Shown: in pieces, positions 8,823-18,759 of the stretch
Numbering within the stretch: position 1 is the first letter of the stretch
Layout: the number at the start of each line of letters is the position of its first letter
DNA from: a virus
Taxonomy: Duplodnaviria; Heunggongvirae; Uroviricota; Caudoviricetes
IMG/VR virus record: IMGVR_UViG_2684622554_000001
Reading direction: 5' to 3' (one strand)
Length of the DNA: 36,569 nucleotides
The notes under the pieces: generated by a model
Database searches by the model: none
The model's input: only the letters and a program-made list of their open reading frames with translations
What the model was told of the DNA's origin: nothing
Program-made: the position numbers and the translations under genes

Positions 8823-8866
8823 ATATATGGGTTATTAATTACCCGCTTATATAAATATTGAAGAAA

Positions 8867-9886
8867 CTATAGGGTGTATTGTCTGAATTTTATTACATTC
8901 TGACCGAGCCAGCCGTTTATTTCCCGAATCCTGTCCTGTAACGGGATAAGCTCATTGCGGACAAAGACCTTTGCCACTTTCTCAATATCACCCAGCGACC
9001 CGACGTTCTCCGGCTTGCCACCCATCAACTGAAAGGGGATGCGGTGTGCGTCCAGCAGGTCAGCGGCGCTGGCTTTTTTGATATTAAAAAAATCATCCTT
9101 CGTTGCCACTTCACTGAGCGGGATAATTTTAATGCCGTCGGCTTTCCCTTGTGGGGCATAGAGAAACAGGTTTTTAAAGTTGTTGCGGCCTTTCGACTTC
9201 ACCATGTTTTCGCGGAGCATTTCGATATCGTTGCGATCCTGCACGGCATCGGTGACGTACATGATGTATCCGGCATGTGCGCCGTTTTCGTAATACTTGC
9301 GGCGGAACAGCGTGGCCGACTCATTCAGCCAGGCAGAATTAAGGGCGCTCAGATATTCCGGCAGGCCGTACAGCTCCTGATTGATATCCGGCTCCAGCAG
9401 GTGAAACACGGAGCCGGGCGTGAAGGCTGTCGGCTCGTTGAAGGACGGCACCCACCAGTAAACATCCTCCTCCACGCCACGGCGGGTATATTTTGCCGGT
9501 GAGGTTTCCAGTCTGATGACCTTACCGGTGGTGCTGTAACGCTTTTCCAGAAACGCATTACCGAACACCAGAAAATCCAGCACAAAGCGGCTGAAATCCT
9601 GCTGGGAAAGCCACGGATGCGGGATAAATGTCGAGGCCAGAATATTGCGTTTGACGTAAATCGGTGAGCTGTGATGCACGGCAGCACGCAGGCTTTTTGC
9701 CAGACCGGTAAAGCTGACCGGTGGCTCATACCATCTGCCGTTACTGATGCACTCGACGTAATCCAGAATGTCACGGCGGTCGAGTACCGGCACCGGCTCA
9801 CCAAAGGTGAATGCCTCCATTTTCGGGGCGCTGGCGGTCATTTTTTTTGCCGCAGGTTGCGGTGTTTTCCCTTTTTTCTTGCTCAT
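8867..9886 (-). CDS. Q: Portal protein gpQ
   Basis: 339 aa with a basic N-terminus MSKKKGKTPQPAAKK. Position next to cos and P. The start codon ATG (9886..9884) lies inside the IS target duplication, and the native SD is now on the far side of the IS. Confidence 0.9.
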   Translation of the reverse strand: MSKKKGKTPQPAAKKMTASAPKMEAFTFGEPVPVLDRRDILDYVECISNGRWYEPPVSFTGLAKSLRAAVHHSSPIYVKRNILASTFIPHPWLSQQDFSRFVLDFLVFGNAFLEKRYSTTGKVIRLETSPAKYTRRGVEEDVYWWVPSFNEPTAFTPGSVFHLLEPDINQELYGLPEYLSALNSAWLNESATLFRRKYYENGAHAGYIMYVTDAVQDRNDIEMLRENMVKSKGRNNFKNLFLYAPQGKADGIKIIPLSEVATKDDFFNIKKASAADLLDAHRIPFQLMGGKPENVGSLGDIEKVAKVFVRNELIPLQDRIREINGWLGQNVIKFRQYTL

Positions 9887-10079
9887 TGCGTATTTTCATG
9901 AAAGGAGATCACTCAATAACTTCCATCGAGATCGGGTAATAACATTTGAACAGATCGCTGAATAACATCGATGGAGATCACTTTTGACTCATTTTGTTAT
10001 TCAGTGATCTCCATCAATGTTATTGGAACTTCACAGGTGTGTTGATCTGTATCTTTTGCCATTCCGGTAAAGGATACCT

Positions 10080-11621
10080 ATGCCAACAGTTCCAATTTCT
10101 ATGAGAAAACTTAAAGAAATTCTTAGGCTTAAATACGGTGTTGGACTCAGCCATCGACAAATTGGTCGTAGTCTTGCAATCTCCCCTTCCGTTGTATCCA
10201 GATATGCTAATCGGGCGGCTCAACTTGGCATAAAGCAGTGGCCCTTACCTACAGGATGGGATGATACAAAACTAAAACATGCGTTCCTTCAGACCCAGGT
10301 TAAGATGAAGAAGCACTCTCTGCCTGACTGGGCTACAGTACACCGGGAACTGCGTAATAAATGCGTGACGCTGCAGCTACTCTGGGAAGAATACTGTGAG
10401 CGTAATCCAGGCGGTTTTTACAGCTATAACCATTACTGCCGGATGTACCGTGAATGGCTCAAAACCACTTCACCATCAATGCGTCAGGTACATAAAGCTG
10501 GCGAAAAACTTTTCGTTGATTACTGTGGACCTACCGTTGGCGTTACCGACCCTGAGACCGGAGAAATAAGAACTGCTCAGGTCATCGTAGCTGTTCTCGG
10601 GGCATCAAGTTACACATGGGCAGAGGCCACCTGGTCTCAGCAGCTTGAAGACTGGGTGATGAGTCATGTTCGCTGCTTCCAGTGGTTGGGTGGCGTTCCT
10701 GAACTTGTTGTTCCGGACAATCTGAAAAGCGCCACATCCAGGGCATGTAAGTATGATCCTGACGTTAACCCTACCTACCAGCAGATGCTTGAGCATTATA
10801 ATGTCGCAGTTTTGCCTGCGCGGCCACGTAAACCGAAAGATAAAGCCAAAGCTGAAGTTGGCGTTCAGGTTGTTGAACGCTGGATCATGGCCCGAATCAG
10901 GCATGAGATCTTCTACAGCCTTGCATCGCTTAATCAGCGCATTCGGGAGTTGCTGGAAAGACTGAATAACAAAATAATGCAGAAGTTGGGTTATTCACGT
11001 GCAGAACTCTTCATCCAGCTTGATAAACCCGCACTGAAGCCTCTTCCTGAAGCCAGTTACAGTTACACCCTGGTGAAGAAAGTCAGAGTTCATGCCGATT
11101 ACCACGTGGAAATCGACAAACATTACTACTCGGTTCCATGTTCGCTGTTAGGCCAGCAACTGGAAGCATGGATCTCCGGAGAACTGGTAAGACTCTTCAA
11201 TCAGGGGCAGGAGGTTGCTGTGCACCCGCGCAAGCGTACTTATGGCTACAGTACCCGCAACGAGCACATGCCTGAAGCTCATCGACAGCATGCCACCTGG
11301 ACGCCAGAGCGTCTTCTGGAATGGGCGGGGCACATAGGCAGTGAAACTCATAGTTATGTGCTTCATATACTGAACTCTCGTCCACATCCGGAACAAAGCT
11401 ATCGCTTCTGCCTTGGACTCCTGAACCTTCATAAAAAATACAGTAAAGCCAGACTTAATGCAGCATGTGCAAGAGCTCTGAAAACAAAGGTATGGCGTCT
11501 GTCAGGTATTAAATCGATCCTGGAAAAAGGTCTGGATAAACAACCTGTTCAGGATCCAAAACCAGATCTGTTATCCACGATGGAACACGAAAACGTACGC
11601 GGCAGTGAGTATTACCACTGA
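10080..11621 (+). CDS. istA: IS21-family transposase IstA
   Basis: 513 aa. N-terminal HTH region and a DDE-type integrase core. Immediately followed by istB. Confidence 0.9.
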   Translation: MPTVPISMRKLKEILRLKYGVGLSHRQIGRSLAISPSVVSRYANRAAQLGIKQWPLPTGWDDTKLKHAFLQTQVKMKKHSLPDWATVHRELRNKCVTLQLLWEEYCERNPGGFYSYNHYCRMYREWLKTTSPSMRQVHKAGEKLFVDYCGPTVGVTDPETGEIRTAQVIVAVLGASSYTWAEATWSQQLEDWVMSHVRCFQWLGGVPELVVPDNLKSATSRACKYDPDVNPTYQQMLEHYNVAVLPARPRKPKDKAKAEVGVQVVERWIMARIRHEIFYSLASLNQRIRELLERLNNKIMQKLGYSRAELFIQLDKPALKPLPEASYSYTLVKKVRVHADYHVEIDKHYYSVPCSLLGQQLEAWISGELVRLFNQGQEVAVHPRKRTYGYSTRNEHMPEAHRQHATWTPERLLEWAGHIGSETHSYVLHILNSRPHPEQSYRFCLGLLNLHKKYSKARLNAACARALKTKVWRLSGIKSILEKGLDKQPVQDPKPDLLSTMEHENVRGSEYYH

Positions 11622-11632
11622 TACGGGATCCA

Positions 11633-12382
11633 ATGATGAATCATCTTTACGAACAACTGACCGCACTTAAACTCACCGGCTTCCGTGATGCGCTTAAAAA
11701 GCAACTTGCTCAACCGGGCACATACCAGGAGCTGGGCTTCGAAGAACGCCTGTCATTACTGACAGCAGAAGAACTAACCTGCCGTGAAAACAGGAAGGCA
11801 GAGCGTCTGATCAAACATGCACGGTTCAGACTTAATGCTGAGTTATCAAAGCTGGATTATCGTAACAATAGAGGGCTGGACAGGGCCCTCATCCGTTCAC
11901 TCAGTCAGGGAAACTGGTTAACCCTGAAACAAAATATTTTACTGACCGGGGCCACCGGCAGCGGTAAAACGTTCCTGGCATGTGCACTTGGTCATAATGC
12001 CTGCCGACAGGGATACAAGGTCTACTATTATCGCCTTAAAGCGCTGATGGAACAGTGCTATCAGGGGCATGCTGATGGAAGATACAGCAAACTTTTGACC
12101 AGGCTGAATAATAGCGATCTGCTGCTTCTGGATGACTGGGGGCTGGAACCTCTCTCATCAGAACAGCGTAGCGACCTGCTGGAAATAGTGGATCTGATGT
12201 ACCAACGAGGCTCAATCATCGTAGTGAGCCAGTTGCCGGTGGAAAACTGGTACAAAATGATCGGAGACTCCACACATGCGGATGCCATCCTAGATCGACT
12301 GGTTCATGGCAGTATCAAGATCGAACTTAAAGGAGAATCAATGCGGAAAATACAATCTCCGTTGACCGAAGGAGATCAGTGA
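11633..12382 (+). CDS. istB: IS21-family ATP-binding helper IstB
   Basis: 249 aa. Walker A GATGSGKTF and Walker B LLLLDDWG, AAA+/DnaC-like. Confidence 0.9.
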   Translation: MMNHLYEQLTALKLTGFRDALKKQLAQPGTYQELGFEERLSLLTAEELTCRENRKAERLIKHARFRLNAELSKLDYRNNRGLDRALIRSLSQGNWLTLKQNILLTGATGSGKTFLACALGHNACRQGYKVYYYRLKALMEQCYQGHADGRYSKLLTRLNNSDLLLLDDWGLEPLSSEQRSDLLEIVDLMYQRGSIIVVSQLPVENWYKMIGDSTHADAILDRLVHGSIKIELKGESMRKIQSPLTEGDQ

Positions 12383-12471
12383 AGGTAATTTAAAAACGGT
12401 TCTGTGAAAGTGACACGAACCGATCTCCATCGATGTTACTCACCGATCTCCTTCACGGTAATACGCACTCA

Positions 12472-14244
12472 TCAGTAAAACTCCAGAATGGTGGATGTCA
12501 GCGGGGTGCTTATACCGGCGGTGAGTGGCTCATTTAACAGGGCGTGCATGGTCGCCCAGGCGAGGTCGGCGTGGCTGGCTTCCTCGCTGCGGCTGGCCTC
12601 ATAGGTGGCACTGCGTCCGCTGCTGGTCATGGTCTTGCGGATAGCCATAAACGAGCTGGTGATGTCGGTGGCGCTGACGTCATATTCCAGACAGCCACGG
12701 CGGATAACGTCTTTTGCCTTGAGCACCATTGCGGTTTTCATTTCCGGCGTGTAGCGGATATCGCGCGCGGCGGGATAGAACGAGCGCACGAGCTGGAACA
12801 CGCCGACACCGAGGCCGGTGGCATCAATACCGATGTATTCGACGTTATATTTTTCGGTGAGTTTGCGGATGGATTCAGCCTGAGTGGCAAAGTCCATGCC
12901 TTTCCACTGGTGACGCTCAAGTATTCTGAATTTGCCACCGGCCACCACCGGCGGTGCCAGCACCACGCATCCGGCGCTGTCGCCACGGTGTGACGGGTCG
13001 TAACCAATCCATACCGGGCGGGAACCGAACGGATTGGCGGCAAAGGGTGCATAGTCTTCCCATTCTTCCAGCGTGTCGACCATGCAGCGTTGCAGCTCCT
13101 CGAACGGGAACACCGACGCCTTGTCGTCAACAAATTCACACATGAACAGGTTTTTAAAATCGTCGGCGCTGTTTTCGCGTTTGAGCTGTTCAATGTCGAA
13201 CAGCGTGCAGCCACCTTTCAGGGCGTCCTCAATGGTGACAATCTGCCGCCACTGGCCGTCTGCACAGAGAAGCCCACCGGCAAGGGCGTTATGACTGACG
13301 TCGATTTCCACGCGTTCGGCGGCGCTGGCGCGTCCCCGGTTGAACAGTTCACCCGACCAGAACGGGTAGGCGTCGTGCGCCAGCGTGGACGGGGTGGAGA
13401 AATAGGTCGAGCGCAGGTGACTCTGTGAGGCCATACCTGATGCCACCTTACGCAGTACCTGAAAATTCGGGATCCAGAAAATCTCATCGACGTACAGGTC
13501 GCCGTTATGGCTCTGCGCGGTGTTGGAGTTGGTGCCGAGAAAAATCAGTTTTGCGCCGTTATTGCCCAGGACAATCGGGTCACCGGTCAGGTCAACGTCA
13601 ACCAGCCGGGCAAAGGCGATGATGTATTCGCGGAACACATACGCCTGCGTTTTACTGGCCGACAGAAAAATCTGGTTATGACCGGTTTTCAGGGCGCGCA
13701 GCAGCGCCTCGCGGGAAAAATAAAACGTCGCGCCAATCTGGCGGGATTTCAGGATATCGCGGATGCGGTGCTCAAGCCCGGCGCGATACCAGTGCAACTG
13801 ATACTCGAAAGACTGCTCAAAGAAAATCTGCTCCAGCTTTTCGATGGCCTCGTCACTGAAAAAATTCTTTTTCGGTTTGCGACGCCCGCCTTTGTTGCGG
13901 TTAGCGACGTTCGGATTAAGGTCTGCCTCGTTGCCGGTCTGACTGTAACGGTTGACCCGTGCCAGTCGTTCAATCTGGCGTCCGAGCAGGTCAATTTCCT
14001 TGAAGTCACCGCCGGTTTTCTGCGGTTTGATGATGAGCTGGGTCAGCCGCGCTTCCAGACTCATTTCGACACGGCTGATGGGGGCAACGCTGTCCCAGCC
14101 GTCGCGCTGTTTCCAGCTCTGCACCGTCGGGCGTTTCATCTGCAACATGGCGGCAATCTGCGGCACGGAAAACCCCTGCCAGTACAGCAGCGCCGCCTGA
14201 CGACGCGGGTCGTGTAAAAGAGTGGTGTCTGTGGTGATGGTCAT
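12472..14244 (-). CDS. P: Terminase large subunit gpP
   Basis: 590 aa from the ATG at 14244 with a GAGG SD (the track start at 14274 is a TTG). Length equals P2 gpP. Stop TGA at 12474..12472 overlaps the right-hand IS target duplication. Confidence 0.95.
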   Translation of the reverse strand: MTITTDTTLLHDPRRQAALLYWQGFSVPQIAAMLQMKRPTVQSWKQRDGWDSVAPISRVEMSLEARLTQLIIKPQKTGGDFKEIDLLGRQIERLARVNRYSQTGNEADLNPNVANRNKGGRRKPKKNFFSDEAIEKLEQIFFEQSFEYQLHWYRAGLEHRIRDILKSRQIGATFYFSREALLRALKTGHNQIFLSASKTQAYVFREYIIAFARLVDVDLTGDPIVLGNNGAKLIFLGTNSNTAQSHNGDLYVDEIFWIPNFQVLRKVASGMASQSHLRSTYFSTPSTLAHDAYPFWSGELFNRGRASAAERVEIDVSHNALAGGLLCADGQWRQIVTIEDALKGGCTLFDIEQLKRENSADDFKNLFMCEFVDDKASVFPFEELQRCMVDTLEEWEDYAPFAANPFGSRPVWIGYDPSHRGDSAGCVVLAPPVVAGGKFRILERHQWKGMDFATQAESIRKLTEKYNVEYIGIDATGLGVGVFQLVRSFYPAARDIRYTPEMKTAMVLKAKDVIRRGCLEYDVSATDITSSFMAIRKTMTSSGRSATYEASRSEEASHADLAWATMHALLNEPLTAGISTPLTSTILEFY

Positions 14245-14417
14245 GAATACCTCGCCGTGATGAATACACGGCAAGGCTACTGAGTCGCGCCCCGCGATTC
14301 GCTAAGGTGCTGTTGTGTCAGTGATAAGCCATCCGGGACTGATGGCGGAGGATGCGCATCGTCGGGAAACTGATGCCGACATGTGACTCCTCTAATCACT
14401 ATTCAGGACTCCTGACA

Positions 14418-15272
14418 ATGGCAAAAAAAGTCTCAAAATTCTTTCGTATCGGCGTTGAGGGTGACACCTGTGACGGGCGTGTCATCAGTGCGCAGGATAT
14501 TCAGGAAATGGCCGAAACCTTTGACCCGCGTGTCTATGGTTGCCGCATTAACCTGGAACATCTGCGCGGCATCCTGCCTGACGGTATTTTTAAGCGTTAT
14601 GGCGATGTGGCCGAACTGAAGGCCGAAAAGATTGACGATGATTCGGCGCTGAAAGGCAAATGGGCGCTGTTTGCGAAAATCACCCCGACCGATGACCTTA
14701 TCGCGATGAACAAGGCCGCGCAGAAGGTCTACACCTCAATGGAAATTCAGCCGAACTTTGCCAACACCGGCAAATGTTATCTGGTGGGTCTGGCCGTCAC
14801 CGATGACCCGGCAAGCCTCGGCACGGAATACCTGGAATTCTGCCGCACGGCAAAACACAACCCCCTGAACCGCTTCAAATTAAGCCCTGAAAACCTGATT
14901 TCAGTGGCAACGCCTGTTGAGCTGGAATTTGAAGACCTGCCTGAAACCGTGTTCACCGCCCTGACCGAAAAGGTGAAATCCATTTTTGGCCGCAAACAGG
15001 CCAGCGATGACGCCCGTCTGAATGACGTGCATGAAGCGGTGACCGCTGTTGCTGAACATGTGCAGGAAAAACTGAGCGCCACTGAGCAGCGACTCGCTGA
15101 GATGGAAACCGCCTTTTCCGCACTTAAGCAGGAGGTGACTGACAGGGCGGATGAAACCAGTCAGGCATTCACCCGCCTGAAAAACAGTCTCGACAGCGCC
15201 GAAAGTCTGACCCAGCAGCGCCGCAGCAAGGCCACCGGCGGTGGCGGTGACGCCCTGATGACGAACTGCTGA
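14418..15272 (+). CDS. O: Capsid scaffold protein gpO
   Basis: 284 aa from MAKKVSKFF, matching the P2 gpO length. The track ORF starts 22 codons upstream. Confidence 0.9.
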   Translation: MAKKVSKFFRIGVEGDTCDGRVISAQDIQEMAETFDPRVYGCRINLEHLRGILPDGIFKRYGDVAELKAEKIDDDSALKGKWALFAKITPTDDLIAMNKAAQKVYTSMEIQPNFANTGKCYLVGLAVTDDPASLGTEYLEFCRTAKHNPLNRFKLSPENLISVATPVELEFEDLPETVFTALTEKVKSIFGRKQASDDARLNDVHEAVTAVAEHVQEKLSATEQRLAEMETAFSALKQEVTDRADETSQAFTRLKNSLDSAESLTQQRRSKATGGGGDALMTNC

Positions 15273-15330
15273 CCGGCGTCAGTCAGTCCGGGAAAACCTT
15301 CACGATTAACCCTTAATTTCAGGAAAAACT

Positions 15331-16404
15331 ATGCGCCAGGAAACCCGCTTTAAATTTAATGCCTACCTGTCCCGTGTTGCCGAACTGAACGGCATCGACG
15401 CCGGTGATGTGTCGAAAAAATTCACCGTTGAACCGTCGGTCACCCAGACCCTGATGAACACCATGCAGGAGTCCTCTGACTTTCTGACCCGCATCAACAT
15501 TGTGCCGGTCAGCGAAATGAAAGGGGAAAAAATTGGTATCGGTGTCACCGGCTCCATCGCCAGCACCACCGACACCGCCGGTGGCACCGAGCGTCAGCCG
15601 AAGGACTTCTCGAAGCTGGCGTCAAACAAGTACGAATGCGACCAGATTAACTTCGATTTTTATATCCGCTACAAAACGCTTGACCTGTGGGCGCGTTATC
15701 AGGATTTCCAGCTCCGTGTCCGTAACGCCATTATCAAACGCCAGTCCCTTGATTTCATCATGGCCGGTTTTAACGGTGTGAAGCGTGCAGAAACCTCTGA
15801 CCGCAGCAGCAATCCGATGCTGCAGGATGTGGCGGTCGGCTGGCTGCAGAAATACCGCAATGAAGCCCCGGCGCGCGTGATGAGCAAGGTTACGGACGAG
15901 GAAGGTCACACGACCTCTGAGGTCATCCGCGTGGGTAAGGGCGGTGATTATGCCAGCCTCGATGCACTGGTGATGGATGCGACCAACAACCTGATTGAGC
16001 CGTGGTATCAGGAAGACCCTGACCTTGTGGTGATTGTGGGGCGTCAGCTACTGGCGGACAAGTATTTCCCCATCGTCAACAAGGAGCAGGACAACAGCGA
16101 AATGCTGGCCGCTGACGTCATCATCAGTCAGAAACGCATCGGTAACCTGCCGGCGGTACGCGTCCCGTACTTCCCGGCGGATGCGATGCTCATCACGAAG
16201 CTGGAAAACCTGTCCATCTACTACATGGATGACAGCCATCGCCGCGTGATTGAGGAAAACCCGAAACTCGACCGCGTGGAGAACTACGAGTCAATGAACA
16301 TTGATTACGTGGTGGAAGACTACGCCGCCGGTTGTCTGGTGGAAAAAATCAAGGTCGGTGACTTCTCCACACCGGCTAAGGCGACCGCAGAGCCGGGAGC
16401 GTAA
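15331..16404 (+). CDS. N: Major capsid protein gpN
   Basis: 357 aa, the same length as P2 gpN. AGGAAAA SD. Confidence 0.95.
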   Translation: MRQETRFKFNAYLSRVAELNGIDAGDVSKKFTVEPSVTQTLMNTMQESSDFLTRINIVPVSEMKGEKIGIGVTGSIASTTDTAGGTERQPKDFSKLASNKYECDQINFDFYIRYKTLDLWARYQDFQLRVRNAIIKRQSLDFIMAGFNGVKRAETSDRSSNPMLQDVAVGWLQKYRNEAPARVMSKVTDEEGHTTSEVIRVGKGGDYASLDALVMDATNNLIEPWYQEDPDLVVIVGRQLLADKYFPIVNKEQDNSEMLAADVIISQKRIGNLPAVRVPYFPADAMLITKLENLSIYYMDDSHRRVIEENPKLDRVENYESMNIDYVVEDYAAGCLVEKIKVGDFSTPAKATAEPGA

Positions 16405-16407
16405 CCG

Positions 16408-17151
16408 ATGACGAGTCCCGCACAGCGCCACATGATGCGGGTCTCGGCAGCGATGACCGCGCAGCGGGAAGCCGCCCCGCTGCGACATGCAACTGTCTAT
16501 GAGCAGATGCTGGTCAAGCTGGCCGCAGACCAGCGCACACTGAAAGCGATTTATTCAAAAGAGCTGAAGGCCGCGAAAAAACGCGAACTGCTGCCGTTCT
16601 GGTTGCCGTGGGTGAACGGCGTGCTGGAGCAGGGCAAAGGCGCACAGGATGACATTCTGATGACGGTCATGCTGTGGCGTCTGGATACCGGAGATATTGC
16701 CGGTGCGCTGGAGATTGCCCGTTATGCCCTGAAGTACGGTCTGACCATGCCGGGTAAACACCGCCGTACCCCGCCGTACATGTTCACCGAGGAGGTAGCG
16801 CTTGCGGCCATGCGCGCTCACGCTGCCGGTGAGTCTGTGGATACCCGCCTGCTGATGGAGACCCTTGAACTGACCGCCACGGCTGACATGCCTGATGAAG
16901 TGCGCGCAAAGCTGCACAAAATTACCGGTCTGTTTCTGCGTGACGGTGGTGATGCCGCCGGTGCGCTGGCGCACCTGCAACGTGCGACACAGCTCGACTG
17001 TCAGGCAGGCGTCAAAAAAGAGATTGAACGACTGGAGCGGGAACTGAAACCGAAGCCGGAGCCGCAGCCAAAAGCGGCCACGCGCGCCCCGCGTAAGACC
17101 CGGAGCGTGGCACCGGCAAAACGTGGACGCCCGAAAAAGAAAGCCAGTTAA
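16408..17151 (+). CDS. M: Terminase small subunit gpM
   Basis: 247 aa, the same length as P2 gpM. Basic C-terminal tail. Confidence 0.9.
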   Translation: MTSPAQRHMMRVSAAMTAQREAAPLRHATVYEQMLVKLAADQRTLKAIYSKELKAAKKRELLPFWLPWVNGVLEQGKGAQDDILMTVMLWRLDTGDIAGALEIARYALKYGLTMPGKHRRTPPYMFTEEVALAAMRAHAAGESVDTRLLMETLELTATADMPDEVRAKLHKITGLFLRDGGDAAGALAHLQRATQLDCQAGVKKEIERLERELKPKPEPQPKAATRAPRKTRSVAPAKRGRPKKKAS

Positions 17152-17250
17152 CAACCGAATGCGCCCCGCGCCAGGGCGGCACGCCGGTCAGTGAGGGTGA
17201 ATCACCTGACACTGCACCAGCGTCCACCGCCCGACTTTTCAGAGGTAGTC

Positions 17251-17760
17251 ATGATGACGCTGATTATTCCGCGAAAGGAGGCTCCCGTGTCCGGTGAGGG
17301 TACGGTGGTCATCCCGCAACCGGCAGGCGACGAGCCGGTGATTAAAAACACGTTCTTTTTCCCCGATATCGACCCGAAGCGCGTCCGGGAACGTATGCGC
17401 CTTGAGCAGACCGTCGCCCCCGCTCGTCTGCGTGAGGCCATCAAGTCAGGCATGGCGGAGACGAATGCGGAGCTGTACGAGTACCGCGAACAGAAAATTG
17501 CCGCCGGTTTTACGCGTCTGGCGGACGTCCCGGCGGACGATATCGACGGTGAAAGCATCAAAGTTTTTTACTACGAGCGCGCCGTGTGTGCGATGGCGAC
17601 CGCGTCGCTTTATGAGCGTTATCGCGGCGTGGATGCCAGTGCGAAAGGCGACAAGAAGGCTGACAGCATTGACAGCACCATTGATGAACTGTGGCGGGAT
17701 ATGCGCTGGGCGGTGGCGCGTATCCAGGACAAGCCGCGCTGCATCGTGAGTCAAATCTGA
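17251..17760 (+). CDS. L: Head completion protein gpL
   Basis: 169 aa from the ATG at 17251 with an AGAGG SD, matching the P2 gpL length. Confidence 0.9.
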   Translation: MMTLIIPRKEAPVSGEGTVVIPQPAGDEPVIKNTFFFPDIDPKRVRERMRLEQTVAPARLREAIKSGMAETNAELYEYREQKIAAGFTRLADVPADDIDGESIKVFYYERAVCAMATASLYERYRGVDASAKGDKKADSIDSTIDELWRDMRWAVARIQDKPRCIVSQI

Positions 17761-17963
17761 TGAAGACCTTTGCGCTACAGGGCGACACGCTCGACGCCAT
17801 CTGTGTCCGGTATTACGGGCGCACTGAGGGCGTGGTTGAGACCGTGCTCGCCGCAAATCCGGGACTGGCTGAACAGGGTGCGGTGCTGCCACACGGCACC
17901 GCCGTCGAACTGCCCGACGTTCAGACCGCGCCCGTGGCTGAAACTGTCAATCTGTGGGAGTAA
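17760..17963 (+). CDS. X: Tail protein gpX
   Basis: 67 aa, MKTFALQGDTLDAICVRYYG. Start overlaps the L stop (TGATG). Confidence 0.85.
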   Translation: MKTFALQGDTLDAICVRYYGRTEGVVETVLAANPGLAEQGAVLPHGTAVELPDVQTAPVAETVNLWE

Positions 17964-17966
17964 CGC

Positions 17967-18248
17967 ATGACAGCAGAAGAAAAAAGCGTCCTGTCGCTTT
18001 TCATGATTGGGGTGCTGATTGTTGTCGGCAAGGTGCTTGCCGGTGGTGAACCCATCACCCCGCGTCTGTTTATCGGGCGCATGTTGCTCGGTGGTTTTGT
18101 CTCGATGGTTGCCGGTGTTGTTCTGGTGCAGTTTCCTGACCTGTCACTGCCTGCGGTGTGCGGTATCGGCTCCATGCTGGGTATCGCCGGTTATCAGGTG
18201 ATTGAGATTGCCATTCAGCGCCGCTTTAAGGGCAGGGGGAAACCGTAA
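17967..18248 (+). CDS. Y: Holin gpY
   Basis: 93 aa with hydrophobic transmembrane segments and a charged C-terminus. Position before the endolysin. Confidence 0.8.
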   Translation: MTAEEKSVLSLFMIGVLIVVGKVLAGGEPITPRLFIGRMLLGGFVSMVAGVVLVQFPDLSLPAVCGIGSMLGIAGYQVIEIAIQRRFKGRGKP

Positions 18249-18745
18249 TGCCGGTAATTAACACGCATCAGAATATCGCCGCCTTTCTCGACATGCTGGC
18301 CGTGTCCGAAGGGACGGCGAATCATCCGCTGACGAAAAACCGGGGCTATGACGTGATAGTCACCGGACTGGACGGGAAGCCGGAAATTTTCACTGACTAC
18401 AGTGACCACCCGTTCGCGCATGGCCGACCGGCGAAGGTGTTTAACCGTCGCGGTGAAAAATCCACGGCCTCCGGTCGCTATCAGCAGCTTTACCTGTTCT
18501 GGCCGCACTACCGCAAACAGCTTGCCCTGCCGGATTTCAGTCCGTTGTCACAGGACAGGCTCGCCATTCAGTTGATCCGCGAACGCGGTGCACTGGATGA
18601 CATCCGGGCGGGACGCATTGAGCGCGCCATTTCACGCTGTCGCAATATCTGGGCGTCCCTGCCGGGTGCCGGTTACGGTCAGCGTGAGCATTCACTGGAA
18701 AAACTGGTCACCGTCTGGCGTACCGCCGGCGGTGTACCAGCTTAA
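18248..18745 (+). CDS. K: Endolysin gpK (lysozyme)
   Basis: 165 aa, the same length as P2 gpK. Follows the holin. Confidence 0.85.
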   Translation: MPVINTHQNIAAFLDMLAVSEGTANHPLTKNRGYDVIVTGLDGKPEIFTDYSDHPFAHGRPAKVFNRRGEKSTASGRYQQLYLFWPHYRKQLALPDFSPLSQDRLAIQLIRERGALDDIRAGRIERAISRCRNIWASLPGAGYGQREHSLEKLVTVWRTAGGVPA

Positions 18746-18759
18746 ACGGAGTAAACACC

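Larger units (their letters stand above)
9887..12467 (+). mobile_element. IS21-family insertion sequence (istA-istB), 2581 bp, flanked by 5-bp direct repeat CTCAT
   Basis: TG...CA termini (TGCGTATT / AATACGCA). Multiple subterminal repeats of GATCTCCATCGATG type at both ends. CTCAT at 9882..9886 and 12468..12472. Removing the element restores the P2-like overlapping P stop / Q start (CTGATGAG). Confidence 0.85.

Noticed and set aside
9044-9804. 151-152-aa ORFs overlapping Q on both strands
   Set aside because: They lie entirely within the portal gene, have no SD, and show skewed composition. They are shadow ORFs.
12544-14217. Several 60-240-aa ORFs inside or antisense to the terminase large-subunit gene
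   Set aside because: They are embedded in a well-supported 590-aa CDS. GC-rich phage DNA commonly yields long antisense frames.
14245-14274. N-terminal extensions of P (TTG at 14274), and likewise of O (14352), L (17191), V (21580, TTG) and A (4282, TTG), as listed in the ORF track
   Set aside because: Downstream ATGs with good SDs give products matching the P2 protein lengths exactly. The upstream starts lack SDs or use rare start codons.
16555-17892. Antisense ORFs (199 aa and 148 aa) over M, L and X
   Set aside because: They overlap conserved, correctly sized head genes on the opposite strand and have no translation signals.
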